Below are positions 34,258-46,900 of a stretch of DNA of 64,000 bases, one piece after another (positions within the stretch are counted from its first letter, which is position 1; each line of letters starts with the position of its first letter). This DNA is from Carpediemonas membranifera BICM (taxonomy: Eukaryota; Protista; Fornicata), in the NCBI GenBank assembly GCA_019828565.1, contig JAHDYR010000006.1, positions 310,001 through 374,000 of the forward strand. Direction: 5' to 3'. The position numbers were made by a program, and so were the translations under genes. The notes beneath the pieces were generated by a model. That model was not told the origin of the DNA, ran no database searches, and was given only the letters and a program-made list of their open reading frames with translations.

Positions 34258-34595
34258 TTCGTTTCCACGTTTGTTATGGAGATGCAACCCTGACCCATCA
34301 TCCTCAAACCACGTAAAGACTGTCACAAGTGTCAGCGGGCATGGAATGGGCTTGTTGTGGTCTGCCCAAGAGTCAATTATTCATCACATTGATGTTTCGG
34401 GCGACATGACGATGTTGCTGCGTTTCCTCGACAGTGCGGGTGCAACACCTCATTAGCTTTGACGGCCAACACCACGAAGAACTCATTCTCACTGATGCCA
34501 AATTAATAGTCGAGTCTTGAGTCGTCGGAGTTGTCGCCATAATTTAGTGAGATATTTAAGGATAGGCGGAACATCACCACATCTTGCCCTGTAGC

Positions 34596-35646
34596 ATGAC
34601 TGATCGCCTCGCATCAGCTAGAAAAGAGGCTTTGGAGCTAAAGAGGCAAATAGAAGTAACTAGGGAGAAGAAGAATGATACAACACGTTCGTTCTTTCCA
34701 TGCTTTTGACACAGTTATCGATGCAGCGTCCCACGTCCCACCACTTGCTCGTTTACAGATGAAATGTGTTCGTAAGATGCCTGGCCATCTTTCTAAGGTG
34801 CTTTCGTTGCATTGGGCCGCAGATAGTAGGCACTTGCTCTCGGCCTCACAGGATGGCAAGCTTCTCATTTGGCACGCCGTTTCTGGGAACAAGGTGGCGA
34901 TTATACCCCTGAAGAGTGCATGGGTCATGACTTGCGCGTACTCTCCGAATGGTAACCTTGTGGCAAGTGGTGGGCTCGACAACATTGTTTCTGTGTTTCC
35001 CGTGAAGACTCGCGATCGCCCGATCCTGCCCTGCCGTGAGCTTGCATCACACACTGGTTATATTTCCTGCATTAGATTTGTTAGTGATCGCCAGCTGTTG
35101 TCCTCGTCGGCCGATCAGAGCATCATTCTCTGGGACCTCGAGACCCGAAAGAAGGTTCAGTCATTTCAAGAGCATACCGAGGACGTAATGTCAGTGTCGA
35201 TGGCCCCTGATAACTCCACTTTCGTGTCTGGCGGCCTCGATAAGGTGGCGCGCATCTGGGACCTCCGGACTGGCCGCTCCGTGCAGCATTTCCCCGGCCA
35301 CGAGCTCGACATCAACGCCGTTCAGTTCTTCCCCAGTGGACTCGCATTTGGCACCGCCAGCGACGACTCTACCTGCCGTATATTTGATATTCGCGCCGAT
35401 CGTGAGCTGGTGCAATTTAAGGACAAGAAGGTCAACGCGCCCGCCACGAGCCTATCGTTCAGCAGATCCGGTCGTGTCCTCTTTGCCGCGTATGACGACT
35501 TCCGCTGCATCGCCTGGGATACTCTCAAGGCCCGTCGCGTGGCCGAGTTCGAGTCCGGCACCCGTGTGAGCCAGCTGCAGGTCAGCCCCGACGGGAACGG
35601 TCTCGCCACCGCTAGCTGGGACACCACTGTCAAGGTGTGGGTGTAA
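34596..35646 (+). CDS. GNB: Heterotrimeric G-protein beta subunit; intron 34687-34714
   Basis: N-terminal coiled coil ending DTTL, GHLSKV, SASQDGKLLIW, WVMTCAYSPNG, CRIFDIRAD, ATASWD. Confidence 0.92.
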
Positions 35647-35881
35647 TCACTGTAAATATGCGATTTATGAAAAGAACCCTTTGGGCTGAGCAGGCTCTGG
35701 GGTCTGGGGGCGAACCTGAACAAGGAGACCTGCATCGCTTGCGAAACGGCCGTAATTCGGCCGTAATTCGGTTCTCACGGCCTTCTATGAGGCGAATCGT
35801 TCCTGGCAGGACACTATTTACATGATTTTGGCCCGACATGTATTTCTTGCTCCAGCAAGCCAAGAGGACTGAAACCACGTC

Positions 35882-38800
35882 ATGGATTACGCCACAGACG
35901 TGGATAGGATCTTCCTGCCGAACATGGAGTTTGATATGGCCGTTCCGCATCCCATCGGCATTGAACTGCTCCTTTCCCTTCCTCCCAACGTGCTGCACAA
36001 GCTATTCCAGCGCTACATCGATCGCGCGGACCTTTTGTTCGGTGAGTTGCAACAATCGTTTGATTTTGAGCTCCGCCTGTCCTTCTTCTTCATCGACCGG
36101 AGCATGCTATACATCCTCAGCAAGGGAAGTTATACGGTCCCCGGCGAGGCCATTACGAAGCTCATGGAGCTGAACTGGAGAGTATTCCTGTCAAACGGGG
36201 GCCCTTTACGCGTCAAACACGTCGACAACCACACGAAGGCAACCCGCACGCCGTACCCGAAGTTCGACTCCAAGGGGGTCAACGAGGTGACCATCCGCCA
36301 GCCCATGCCGGACCCGTTCATAGCCGTGGCCGCCCCCTACACCGGGCTGACCCGATTGACTGTGGATTGGACGATGTGGGATCCTGCGGACATGCCCCAC
36401 GCCCCGCTGGATCTGTCCAAGCTCCCCTTCTACATCGAGGAGGTCGTGTTGAATGGATTGGAGTACACCGTAAGCTCAGAGTTCATCCGTCCGTCGCTCC
36501 GTGTCCTCAGCATCGGCACGAAGACCATGTTCATCCCGTCCTCCCACCCCAATAAGAAGGTCGACGCCTCCAGGGCCCCCATACTCATCGCACCATCCCT
36601 GCACACTCTCAGCGTCAAGTCGATGCACTCCGCGGTCGACTTTTTCATCCACTGCATCGACTACGCCCCGGATTCCTTCATGAAGGTCCTCGAGCTCGCC
36701 GGGATGCGGGACACGGGCTATACCATCAACCTCAACAGGGTCCCCGACAGCGTCGAGAGCCTCTCTCTCTCAGACCTGAACATCGCACTCACCGCAACCA
36801 AGATATTTAAGAACCTGAAGAAATTTAAGCTGACCCGCGTGGAGTTGTGTGCTATCCCCGAAAGACCTATCCAGCTCACACGCGGGACAGGCTGGATCGA
36901 CGACAAGAACGTGGCGAGTCTCCAGATGCCCAACCTAGAGAGCCTGACCCTCGTCCAGGGCGGCGCCATGACCATCAACGCTTTGGTGGGCTCAGAGTTC
37001 ATCTACCAGCACCCCCTGAAGCATCTGACGGTCTGCATGGACCGGCTCCAGTCGGGCTCGAAGGACGCCGACATCGAGGCGGGACTACTGCCCAGGTCGC
37101 TGACGAGGCTCAGTGTGACGTACTGCTCCGTCGTCGTCAGGGAGGAGACGGTCCTCCCGAATATCCACACCGCCTGGCTCAAGGCCGTCCTCATCAAGGA
37201 CAAGTCCGGCCCGAAGAGCACGGGCTGCCTCGTGCTGCCCCGTGCGAACGCCCTGGTGCTCTCGAAGATCCCCCCGTCGTCGCTCAAGCACGTGCGGTAC
37301 CCCAGCGCCATCCCCACTGTGGCCAGGGTCGAGGACAGGACCACGCTGCTCTCTGCATCCGTCGTCCGCTGCTCGAGCCCACAGCTGCAGTACACGCCGC
37401 ATGCCTTTGAGAACCTTTCCCACCTCAATATGATGGCCGAGTTTCCAATGCCATCTGGTACCACCCAGACTGTGTTCCCGCGCCTCACCTCGCTCGTGGT
37501 CGGGCCCAGGGCCTGCAGCTCGTTCTTCCCGCCAGACAAGGGCGGCCGGTTTGCTGCCAAGGCGCCCATCCTTGACTCTATCCAAGTCGAGGGCACCGGT
37601 GCCATGCAGGACTCCGTGATCGACGTCTCCTCGCTGCCCCAGTCCCTCAGCAGGCTGGAGGTCGAGACGGTCAACCTCTCGGGCGGCACAGTGACCCTGC
37701 CCCGCATCTTTGCCGCGAGAGTGACAGAGTGCTTTGTTGACTGGGCGTCGGTCGTGCCATGCCTCCCAGCCCTGAGCAACATGACGATCTCTCTCCCTGA
37801 GTGGACCAGCAGGGACAACGGCAATTATCATGACGTATCAGAGGCCTTCAGTGGGCTCCCGCTCTCCTGCCTGGACATCCGGGCCGTGGAGGGGTCGTGG
37901 CCCCTGCTCCCCCTCACCTACCTCCCCCGCACACTCAAGTGGCTCTTGTGCAGAGACATCACACTCGTAGCGGGTGTGCAGTTTAAGGACCTCACCACGC
38001 TCAACCTCTTGAATTGCCAGCTCAACACGGACGAACACATGCTAGACCTGGCCTGCCCCAGCCTCCGCGACGTGACAATCGCTGACTACGCCTCAAACGC
38101 ATGCAGGCTTCTGTTCCCTAAGTCACCCTTCGTCAAGGCCGCGCCCAAGCTCAAGCATGTCACCGTATACGCCGGCTCCTCATGCGCCCTGCTCGGCCGT
38201 AGACTGCGGCCGACTCTGGACTTGGCAGGATTGCCCTCGACCATCACGACTCTCCGAACAATTGGCGCGACCGTTCTATCGAGTGACAAGACGGTCAACC
38301 TACCCAATCTGACACGCTGGCAGACGGTCGACACTGTCTTTGCCTCCAAGCGCGGCCTTTCCTTTGCCTACGGCTCCCTCGTGATGGCCGCGCCGCAGTT
38401 TAACCGCCTCGTCGCCCAAGACTTCGAGGGGTCCAACTTTTGCAACACTTTCCGGTCCATGCCAAGCTTGCAGCGGTCCCCTCTCACCGCCTGGCCGCTG
38501 ACCGAGCTCTCGCTGGGCTCCAGGAGCAAGTTCTCGCACGTCGAGGTCGACCCGAACTCGCTCCCTCGCACGATTGTCACACTGAATCTATCGAATCTGA
38601 TTCTGCACTGCACGGTCGAGACCGACTTCCCCACCCTTGTTCGCGCGTCCTTCAGCAGCGTTGTCTTCAAGCCCGGGCCTGATGGCCGCAAGGCAATGAA
38701 GATGCCAAAGCTGCGTGATCTTGAGATCTGGGACGGTGATGGCGGGACGATGGCGAAGGAGGTCTTCAACAAGGGGCCGTGGACGCTCATTGACGGGGCC

Positions 38801-39106
38801 GCAGGTGTTTGGTCACTGACGCTTCAATCCAACATGGACTTTTCATCGCTATGGATTCCCAAGAACGTCACTCATCTGCACCTTGAAGACATCAAGTTCA
38901 TCGGCGAGCTTGAGGGCAAGATGAAGAGAGATCTTCCGTATCTGCTGACCGCTAGTGGAGTGCGAATCACCGTACGACACCAGCTTGCCAGTGTTTGCCG
39001 TGTGCCTTCGACTGCAATTGTGGCCGGGCTTCACACCAGGGTTGAGGACATGAACCCTAACCTCATGAACTCAGCCTCAATGTCACAATGCAGCCTGTTG
39101 TGGTGA
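35882..39106 (+). CDS. Leucine-rich-repeat-like protein with a possible N-terminal F-box
   Basis: LLSLPPNVLHKLF near the N-terminus; recurring LPxSLxxL and FPxLxxL motifs throughout. Confidence 0.55.
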   Translation: MDYATDVDRIFLPNMEFDMAVPHPIGIELLLSLPPNVLHKLFQRYIDRADLLFGELQQSFDFELRLSFFFIDRSMLYILSKGSYTVPGEAITKLMELNWRVFLSNGGPLRVKHVDNHTKATRTPYPKFDSKGVNEVTIRQPMPDPFIAVAAPYTGLTRLTVDWTMWDPADMPHAPLDLSKLPFYIEEVVLNGLEYTVSSEFIRPSLRVLSIGTKTMFIPSSHPNKKVDASRAPILIAPSLHTLSVKSMHSAVDFFIHCIDYAPDSFMKVLELAGMRDTGYTINLNRVPDSVESLSLSDLNIALTATKIFKNLKKFKLTRVELCAIPERPIQLTRGTGWIDDKNVASLQMPNLESLTLVQGGAMTINALVGSEFIYQHPLKHLTVCMDRLQSGSKDADIEAGLLPRSLTRLSVTYCSVVVREETVLPNIHTAWLKAVLIKDKSGPKSTGCLVLPRANALVLSKIPPSSLKHVRYPSAIPTVARVEDRTTLLSASVVRCSSPQLQYTPHAFENLSHLNMMAEFPMPSGTTQTVFPRLTSLVVGPRACSSFFPPDKGGRFAAKAPILDSIQVEGTGAMQDSVIDVSSLPQSLSRLEVETVNLSGGTVTLPRIFAARVTECFVDWASVVPCLPALSNMTISLPEWTSRDNGNYHDVSEAFSGLPLSCLDIRAVEGSWPLLPLTYLPRTLKWLLCRDITLVAGVQFKDLTTLNLLNCQLNTDEHMLDLACPSLRDVTIADYASNACRLLFPKSPFVKAAPKLKHVTVYAGSSCALLGRRLRPTLDLAGLPSTITTLRTIGATVLSSDKTVNLPNLTRWQTVDTVFASKRGLSFAYGSLVMAAPQFNRLVAQDFEGSNFCNTFRSMPSLQRSPLTAWPLTELSLGSRSKFSHVEVDPNSLPRTIVTLNLSNLILHCTVETDFPTLVRASFSSVVFKPGPDGRKAMKMPKLRDLEIWDGDGGTMAKEVFNKGPWTLIDGAAGVWSLTLQSNMDFSSLWIPKNVTHLHLEDIKFIGELEGKMKRDLPYLLTASGVRITVRHQLASVCRVPSTAIVAGLHTRVEDMNPNLMNSASMSQCSLLW

Positions 39107-39229
39107 GGGGTGTCAATGATAAACTCAAGCGCCAGTTCCGTGACGCCAAGCTTGCAACCCCCCAGGTCTACCAAATTTGAATGGCACCTACGATAACTCG
39201 CCCCCCGCTAGGGTAGGGCTGCGCAATGA

Positions 39230-40946
39230 ATGGTGCAAGAAGAGGCTGTCGACCTGACTGAGGGCGACACCAAGGAGGAGGTGAGGTGGATGCTCACGGA
39301 CATACACGCCAGGAGAGTACACCAGGAGACTGTGGACTACGTCGCGAACAAGGAAATCGTTCTCTTTTTTCCCGACTTTTTTTCACAACACCATTTTTTC
39401 TTTCAGCCTTTTTTTCGCTCACAAAGCGCCATCAGATCTACATGCATCTGTTGTGATGAATCCGTGCACAATGTTATATCTACTGCCTCGATCTTATATT
39501 CGTTCTCTTTCTTTCGTTTCACTTCACGTGCCGAACTAAAAACAACATCGCGCCAACGGGACCTGGAGCGGCACAAGATAAGACCGCCACCATCTAATGA
39601 TGTCAAAATCCTAGCGTGCGCCACGGCGTCTTCGGACCCGTGGTATTGCATTGGCCTCTGGCCCAATACCACTTGCAGCACACCGGGACATCCGCGCCAC
39701 TTTGTACGGCGCGGAACCCGGCTTCTAGCTAGGAGCGCGCGGGCGGTGTGAGACTGCCGCGCAACATCAGATGGGCCAAGGACAGTGAGCCTAGATGATA
39801 CACTTGGACGCCCCAGCAGCTGCTGGCGGTCGGCGAGTGTAAGCGGGAGGGCAGCCCGCGGCGTGGAGCCCACATTGGAGTCATACCCATGGGGGGTCAT
39901 TTTCGTCCGAACTGTACGAATTTCCAGATTTGCCATGCTGCATGGCTCATTGGGCCCGATTGTGGATCGCCTTGAACTTGTTGCACCCCCGTGCTCGTCA
40001 ATCTTCGTGCCGCCCTCGGTAAGGTAAGGTAAGGTGGTACTCATCAACGGCTGGGGCACGAACATCCCCAACCACTCCCCGCTGGACGTCATCGATGCCG
40101 TCAGACGCAGGGTCTCCATGGCAACGCGCGAGGAGGCCGGGCTGCCTGGCCTCGCCCCCTGGTACGTCGGGTGGACTGGCACCATCGCGGTCAAGGATAA
40201 CGTCGCAGACGGGGAGCCGCTGACGTACGAGCACACCGGTCGGGTCGATGTGGTCGACCCCGACGACCTGCCTTTCGTTAGCTTACGACACCATGTGCCT
40301 CGAGATCAGCGAGCTGCCCGTTGGGGCCTGGACCGAGCACTACAAGGAGCTGCTCGAGCAGTTCCTACAGGGCGTCTATATCAGACGGAAGTCGGCGAAG
40401 GGCGCCTGGCAGCTCGACATCCCCAAGCGTGAGGACAAGATCTCTGCCGTCACCGCATCGGCCAAGAAGAAGTCCCCAGCCCGCGCGAAGGCAGTAAGAA
40501 GGACGAGAAGTTCGACGAGACAGTCAACTACGAGAACAACAAGGCGTTTAAGCTTGCCGACCCAGCACCACGGGCTGAACACGGTGCGGTTCAGGGTGTC
40601 GGTGACCAAGCACATGTACGATGTTGTGCGGCAGACCATTGGCTGGCCCAAGCTGCTGAAGATGAGCGGGTCGATCAGCAAGACCAACATGTTCGACCGC
40701 CACAACCGCATCGTGGAGTGCAAGCGGACGGATGAGATCATCGAGCAGCACTACCAGGTCCGCAGCGAGATGTACCAGCGCCGCATGGACCTCCTGCTGC
40801 TCACACTGCGGCGCCAGTTCCTCACACAGAACACGAAGGCCGCCTTCATCGACCTCGTCAACGCCAAGGAGCTTGACATATTTAGGTCCGAGGCCGAGCT
40901 CATCCAAGAGCTGTGGGGCCGCCAGGTGCTGCCCGACACAGATTAA
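39230..40946 (+). pseudogene. TOP2: DNA topoisomerase II pseudogene in two fragments (39230-~39370 and ~40034-40946)
   Basis: YVANKEIVLF, VLING(deleted)WGTNIPNHSPLDVI, PWYVGWTGTI, EISELPVGAWTEHYKELLE and MFDRHNRIVECK match Top2. There is a frameshift near 40270, and the catalytic-Tyr region is replaced by unrelated sequence. Confidence 0.75.
40018..40035 (+). repeat. (TAAGG)3 telomere-like tract
   Basis: GGTAAGGTAAGGTAAGGT directly abuts the second Top2 fragment. Confidence 0.6.
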
Positions 40947-40979
40947 ATATTCGCTTAAATTGTCGGCTAAACAAACGGA

Positions 40980-43900
40980 ATGGACGAAAAGCTGGCTCTG
41001 TTGCGGCGCCAAAAGCTGCAAGAGAGGCAGTCTTCTCAAGAAAAGTTATCTGCGCTTCAAGAACGCAAGGAGAAGCTAGCGGCCTTGAAGGCAGCTCGCT
41101 CACAGAGTACAGCTGCAACAACGCGCCCCAAGGAGGCATCCAGCAAGATGTCACGAACCCTGAGCACTCCGAGCACCCCTCTGGTGAGAGCCGCCAACGA
41201 CGAGAAGCTCAAGGCCGCCGAGGAGCGCGTCGCCGCGGAGTACGCTAAGGCTCGCGCCGAGGTCGACCAGATGCGCGCCACCCTTGACGAGCAGAAGGTC
41301 GAGTTCGAGGCGAAGGCCAGGGATGACGCCAAGAAGACAATCCAAACGGAGCTCACACGCATCCAGCACGCCGAGGCTCAACGCCGCCAGGAGGAGGAGG
41401 CCTCTCGGGAGGTGTTCGAGAAGGACCTCCGCGAGAAGTTCGACGCCCTGAAGGCCAAGTACCTCGCCCAGTTCGAGGAGCAGAAGGAGGCCCTCAAGGC
41501 CGACTTCGACGCCCGCCTCTCTGAGCGCGACGACGAGGTTGCCACCATCAAGAAGACCTTCGACGCCGAGGCCCAAAAGGCCATCGCCGCCCGCGAGGCC
41601 GACCTCAAGAGCCTCGAGGCCTCCCTCCGCGCCGAGATCGACGCCGAGCGCATTGCTCTGACCGAGAAGGAGAACGCCCTACGCGCCTCCCTGAACGAGG
41701 AGAGCACCGCCACGCGCCAGACCATCCACAACGAGTATGCCGTCCAGATGGAGCAGCTCAGAGCCGAGCTCAAGGCCGAGCGCGAGGAGCTCGCCAAGGA
41801 GCAGGACGAGGTCCTCCAGCGTTACGAACAGATGCGCCTCGACGTCCTCCGCCAGGCTGACGCCAAGGTCAAGAAGGTCGAGGCCAAGGTCCGCCTGGAA
41901 GCCACCGCCATGATTGAGCAGGCAGACACCAAGCGCATGGAGTACGAGGCACAGATCAGGGCTGAGGCGAACGAGGAGATCGAGAAGCTTCGTGCTGCCA
42001 ACGAACAGGCACAGTTCCGGGCTCGTAAGAAGGTCATCGAGCAGTTTGAGGCGAAGCGCGACGAAATCAGAGCTGACGCTGAGCAGCGGATTGCCAACGC
42101 CGAGAACGACGCGGAAGCCAAGATCAAGGCTGCCGAAGAGCGCGTTGCCGCGGAGTACGCTAAGGCTCGCGCCGAGGTCGACCAGATGCGCGCCACCCTT
42201 GACGAGCAGAAGGTCGAGTTCGAGGCGAAGGCCAGGGATGACGCCAAGAAGACAATCCAAACGGAGCTCACACGCATCCAGCACGCCGAGGCTCAACGCC
42301 GCCAGGAGGAGGAGGCCTCTCGGGAGGTGTTCGAGAAGGACCTCCGCGAGAAGTTCGACGCCCTGAAGGCCAAGTACCTCGCCCAGTTCGAGGAGCAGAA
42401 GGAGGCCCTCAAGGCCGACTTCGACGCCCGCCTCTCTGAGCGCGACGACGAGGTTGCCACCATCAAGAAGACCTCCGACGCCGAGGCCCAAAAGGCCATC
42501 GCCGCCCGCGAGGCCGACCTCAAGAGCCTCGAGGCCGCCCTCCGCGCCGAGATCGACGCCGAGCGCATTGCTCTGACCGAGAAGGAGAACGCCCTACGCG
42601 CCTCCCTGAACGAGGAGAGCACCGCCACGCGCCAGACCATCCACAACGAGTATGCCGTCCAGATGGAGCAGCTCAGAGCCGAGCTCAAGGCCGAGCGCGA
42701 GGAGCTCGCCAAGGAGCAGGATGCTGTCATGGCCCGCTACGAGCAGATGCGCACCGAGTACATGGAGCTGACCGACGCCAAGAACCGCGAGTACGAGGCC
42801 AAGGTCCGCGCAGAGGCGAACGAGGACATCGAGAAGATCCGCAAGGCCGCCGAGACTGAAACCCGCGAGGCCCGCAAGAAGATCGTTGCCGAGTTCGAGG
42901 CCCAGCGCGACACCATCCGCGCCGAGGCTGACGCCCGCATCGCCAAGGCACACGCCGCCAACGACGAGAAGCTCAAGGCCGCCGAGGAGCGCGTCGCCGC
43001 GGAGTACGCTAAGGCTCGCGCCGAGGTCGACCAGATGCGCGCCACCCTTGACGAGCAGAAGGTCGAGTTCGAGGCGAAGGCCAGGGATGACGCCAAGAAG
43101 ACAATCCAAACGGAGCTCACACGCATCCAGCACGCCGAGGCTCAACGCCGCCAGGAGGAGGAGGCCTCTCGGGAGGTGTTCGAGAAGGACCTCCGCGAGA
43201 AGTTCGACGCCCTGAAGGCCAAGTACCTCGCCCAGTTCGAGGAGCAGAAGGAGGCCCTCAAGGCCGACTTCGACGCCCGCCTCTCTGAGCGCGACGACGA
43301 GGTTGCCACCATCAAGAAGACCTCCGACGCCGAGGCCCAAAAGGCCATCGCCGCCCGCGAGGCCGACCTCAAGAGCCTCGAGGCCGCCCTCCGCGCCGAG
43401 ATCGACGCCGAGCGCATTGCTCTGACCGAGAAGGAGAACGCCCTACGCGCCTCCCTGAACGAGGAGAGCACCACCACGCGCCAGACCATCCACAACGAGT
43501 ATGCCGTCCAGATGGAGCAGCTCAGAGCCGAGCTCAAGGCCGAGCGCGAGGAGCTCGCCAAGGAGCAGGATGCTGTCATGGCCCGCTACGAGCAGATGCG
43601 CACCGAGTACATGGAGCTGACCGACGCCAAGAACCGCGAGTACGAGGCCAAGGTCCGCGCAGAGGCGAACGAGGACATCGAGAAGATCCGCAAGGCCGCC
43701 GAGACTGAAACCCGCGAGGCCCGCAAGAAGATCGTTGCCGAGTTCGAGGCCCAGCGCGACACCATCCGCGCCGAGGCTGACGCCCGCATCGCCAAGGCAC
43801 ACGCCGCCAACGACGAGAAGCTCAAGGCCGCCGAGGAACGCGTCGCCGCCGAGTACGCTAAGGCTCGCGCCGAGGTCGACCAGATGCGCGCCACCCTTGA

Positions 43901-46900
43901 CGAGCAGAAGGTCGAGTTCGAGGCGAAGGCCAGGGATGACGCCGAAGAAGACAATCCAAACGGAGCTCACACGCATCCAGCACGCCGAGGCTCAACGCCG
44001 CCAGGAGGAGGAGGCCTCTCGGGAGGAGTTCGAGAAGGACATCCGCGAGAAGTTCGACGCCCTGAAGGCCAAGTACCTCGCCCAGTTCGAGGAGCAGAAG
44101 GAGGCCCTCAAGGCCGACTTCAACGCCCGCCTCTCTGAGCGCGACGACGAGGTTGCCACCATCAAGAAGACCTCCGACGCCGAGGCCCAAAAGGCCATCG
44201 CCGCCCGCGAGGCCGACCTCAAGAGCCTCGAGGCCTCCCTCCGCGCCGAGATCGACGCCGAGCGCATTGCTCTGACCGAGAAGGAGAACGCCCTGCGCGC
44301 CTCCCTGAACGAGGAGAGCACTGCCACGCGCCAGACCATCCACAACGAGTATGCCGTCCAGATGGAGCAGCTCAGAGCCGAGCTCAAGGCCGAGCGCGAG
44401 GAGCTCGCCAAGGAGCAGGATGCTGTCATGGCCCGCTACGAGCAGATGCGCACCGAGTACATGGAGCTGACCGACGCCAAGAACCGCGAGTACGAGGCCA
44501 AGGTCCGCGCCGAGGCGAACGAGGACATCGAGAAGATCCGCAAGGCCGCCGAGACTGAAACCCGCGAGGCCCGCAAGAAGATCGTTGCCGAGTTCGAGGC
44601 CCAGCGCGACACCATCCGCGCCGAGGCTGACGCCCGCATCGCCAAGGCACACGCCGCCAACGACGAGAAGCTCAAGGCCGCCGAGGAGCGCGTCGCCGCG
44701 GAGTACGCTAAGGCTCGCGCCGAGGTCGACCAGATGCGCGCCACCCTTGACGAGCAGAAGGTCGAGTTCGAGGCGAAGGCCAGGGATGACGCCAAGAAGA
44801 CAATCCAAACGGAGCTCACACGCATCCAGCACGCCGAGGCTCAACGCCGCCAGGAGGAGGAGGCCTCTCGGGAGGTGTTCGAGAAGGACCTCCGCGAGAA
44901 GTTCGACGCCCTGAAGGCCAAGTACCTCGCCCAGTTCGAGGAGCAGAAGGAGGCCCTCAAGGCCGACTTCGACGCCCGCATCAAGGCTTCTTCCGACGAC
45001 CACGAGGCCCACCTCGCTGCGCTCCGCTGCGAGCTCGAAGCTGAGCGCCAGGAGCTCCTTGCCGCCGACCGTGCCCGCAAGAAGACCCTCGAGACCGAGC
45101 GCCGCGTGTTTGAAGCCGCTATCCGCGCCAAGTATGATGATATCCGCCAGGCCGACATGGCCGCCGACGAGGAGGCCCGCACCGCCCTCCGTGCCGAGCT
45201 CGAGACCCAGCGTGCGGCGATGACTGCCGAGATGGCTGAGTACGAGCGCCAGGTGAGGGCTACTCTACTCTCGGATGAACGCGACATGCGTGACCGCTTT
45301 GAGAAGCAGTTCGAGGAGGCTCAGATCCAGCTCCAGGCCGAGCTCGCAGCCCGCGAGGGCGAGTGGGAGCAGCGCTACGAGGAGCTTGTTACTGACGAGC
45401 AGCAGCGCGTCAAGGCTGTCAACGACGAGGCCATCGAGCACGAGCAGGTCCTCCGGGCCCGACTCCACGACGAACTCTCCGCAGCCGAGCTGGCCATGCG
45501 CGACCGTGCCCATAAGGCCAAACTCGCCGCCGAAGAGGAGCTCCGCACGCACAAGAAGGCCCTCGAAGCCCGCCGCCATGAGCTCGAGCTCGAGCAGCAG
45601 TCGTACGAGGCAGGCATCCGTGCGAAGTACGATGCCATGGCCAAGCAGCTCCAGGGACAGCACGACGACCTCCTCGCACAGTACAAGAGGCAGCTCGACG
45701 CCGAGTACCAGGACCTCAAGAACGGACTCGTTGTCCAGAAGGCCGGCCTCGAGGACGAGAAGAACGCCTGGATGGATGCCCAGCGTGGTCTCCTCGCCAA
45801 GGAGCGCGAGCGTATGTTTGACGAGGCAAGGCAGCTCGTTGCTTCTGAGCAAGACCGTCTGGCGGCCGAGAGAGAGAAGATGGCCGCCGACATGCGTGAC
45901 CTCGAGACCAAGGTCGAGCTCGAGGCTGTCGACGCTGAGAGGAAGCGCGCTGACGCCTATGAGGAACGCATGCGCCACTGGACTCAGCAGCAGGACAAGA
46001 TTCTCGAGGGCCGCCTGGCTGAGAAGGATCACGCCGTCGGCATCATGGAGAAGACACTGCAAGCACGCCTCGCCGCCAGAGAGCGCGAGCTCGCTGAGCG
46101 TGAGGCTGAGCTCGAGAAGCGTCTCCAGACCAAGCTCGCTGTCGCCCAGAAGGACTTCGACAGCAGGGTGTTTGACGTCAAGCACTCGGCCGATCAGGAG
46201 CGCGAGAAATACGTCCAGATGGAGACTGAGCGCCGTAAGGACGAGCACGCCGAAGCTGAGCGCCAGGTGGCCAAGCTCCGCGAAGAGCTCGAGGCCGAGC
46301 GTGCCGAGATCAACGGCCTTGCTGAGGATCGCGTCACCGCCATGCAGGCAGCCCTCGAAGAAGACCGCCGCAAGCTGAAGGAGGCCGACCTCCAACGCCG
46401 CAAGGACATGCGGGTGGAGCAGGATAGGTACGAGTCCGACGCCAGGGCGCGGTACGACGCCATGGAGGTCCAGATCGAGAACACGCTGAGACAGAAGTAC
46501 GAGGGCCACACAGCCGAGCTCAACGCCCAGTGGACAGAGACGGTGGCCGAGCTCAAGAAGCGCTGGGCGGAGGAGAGAGACGCCGCCGCTGCGACGGCTG
46601 CAACCCGCGAGGCTGACCAGGCCAAGGCCGCAGCTGAGTGGGAGGCCTCGGTTCTTGCTGAGGCCAAGCGCCTCAACGACGAGGCCGCCGCCCTCCGCGA
46701 CGCACACCTCGCCGAGGTTCGGACCGACCACGACGCCGAGCTCGCCCGCCAGCAGGAGGCTCACCTCGCCGCCCTCCAGGAGCAGGCGACTGCTCTCCAG
46801 CGCCGCGAGGCAGACCTTCGCACGGCCCTCGACGAGGAGCTCGCCAAGGTCAAGGCTGACCAGGCCACCGACCGCCAGACCATGGAGGAGGAGTTCAAGG

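Noticed and set aside
43940-43950. Programmed frameshift in the giant coiled-coil gene
   Set aside because: It is a single extra G absent from the other repeat copies, with no slippery site; an error or point mutation is more likely.
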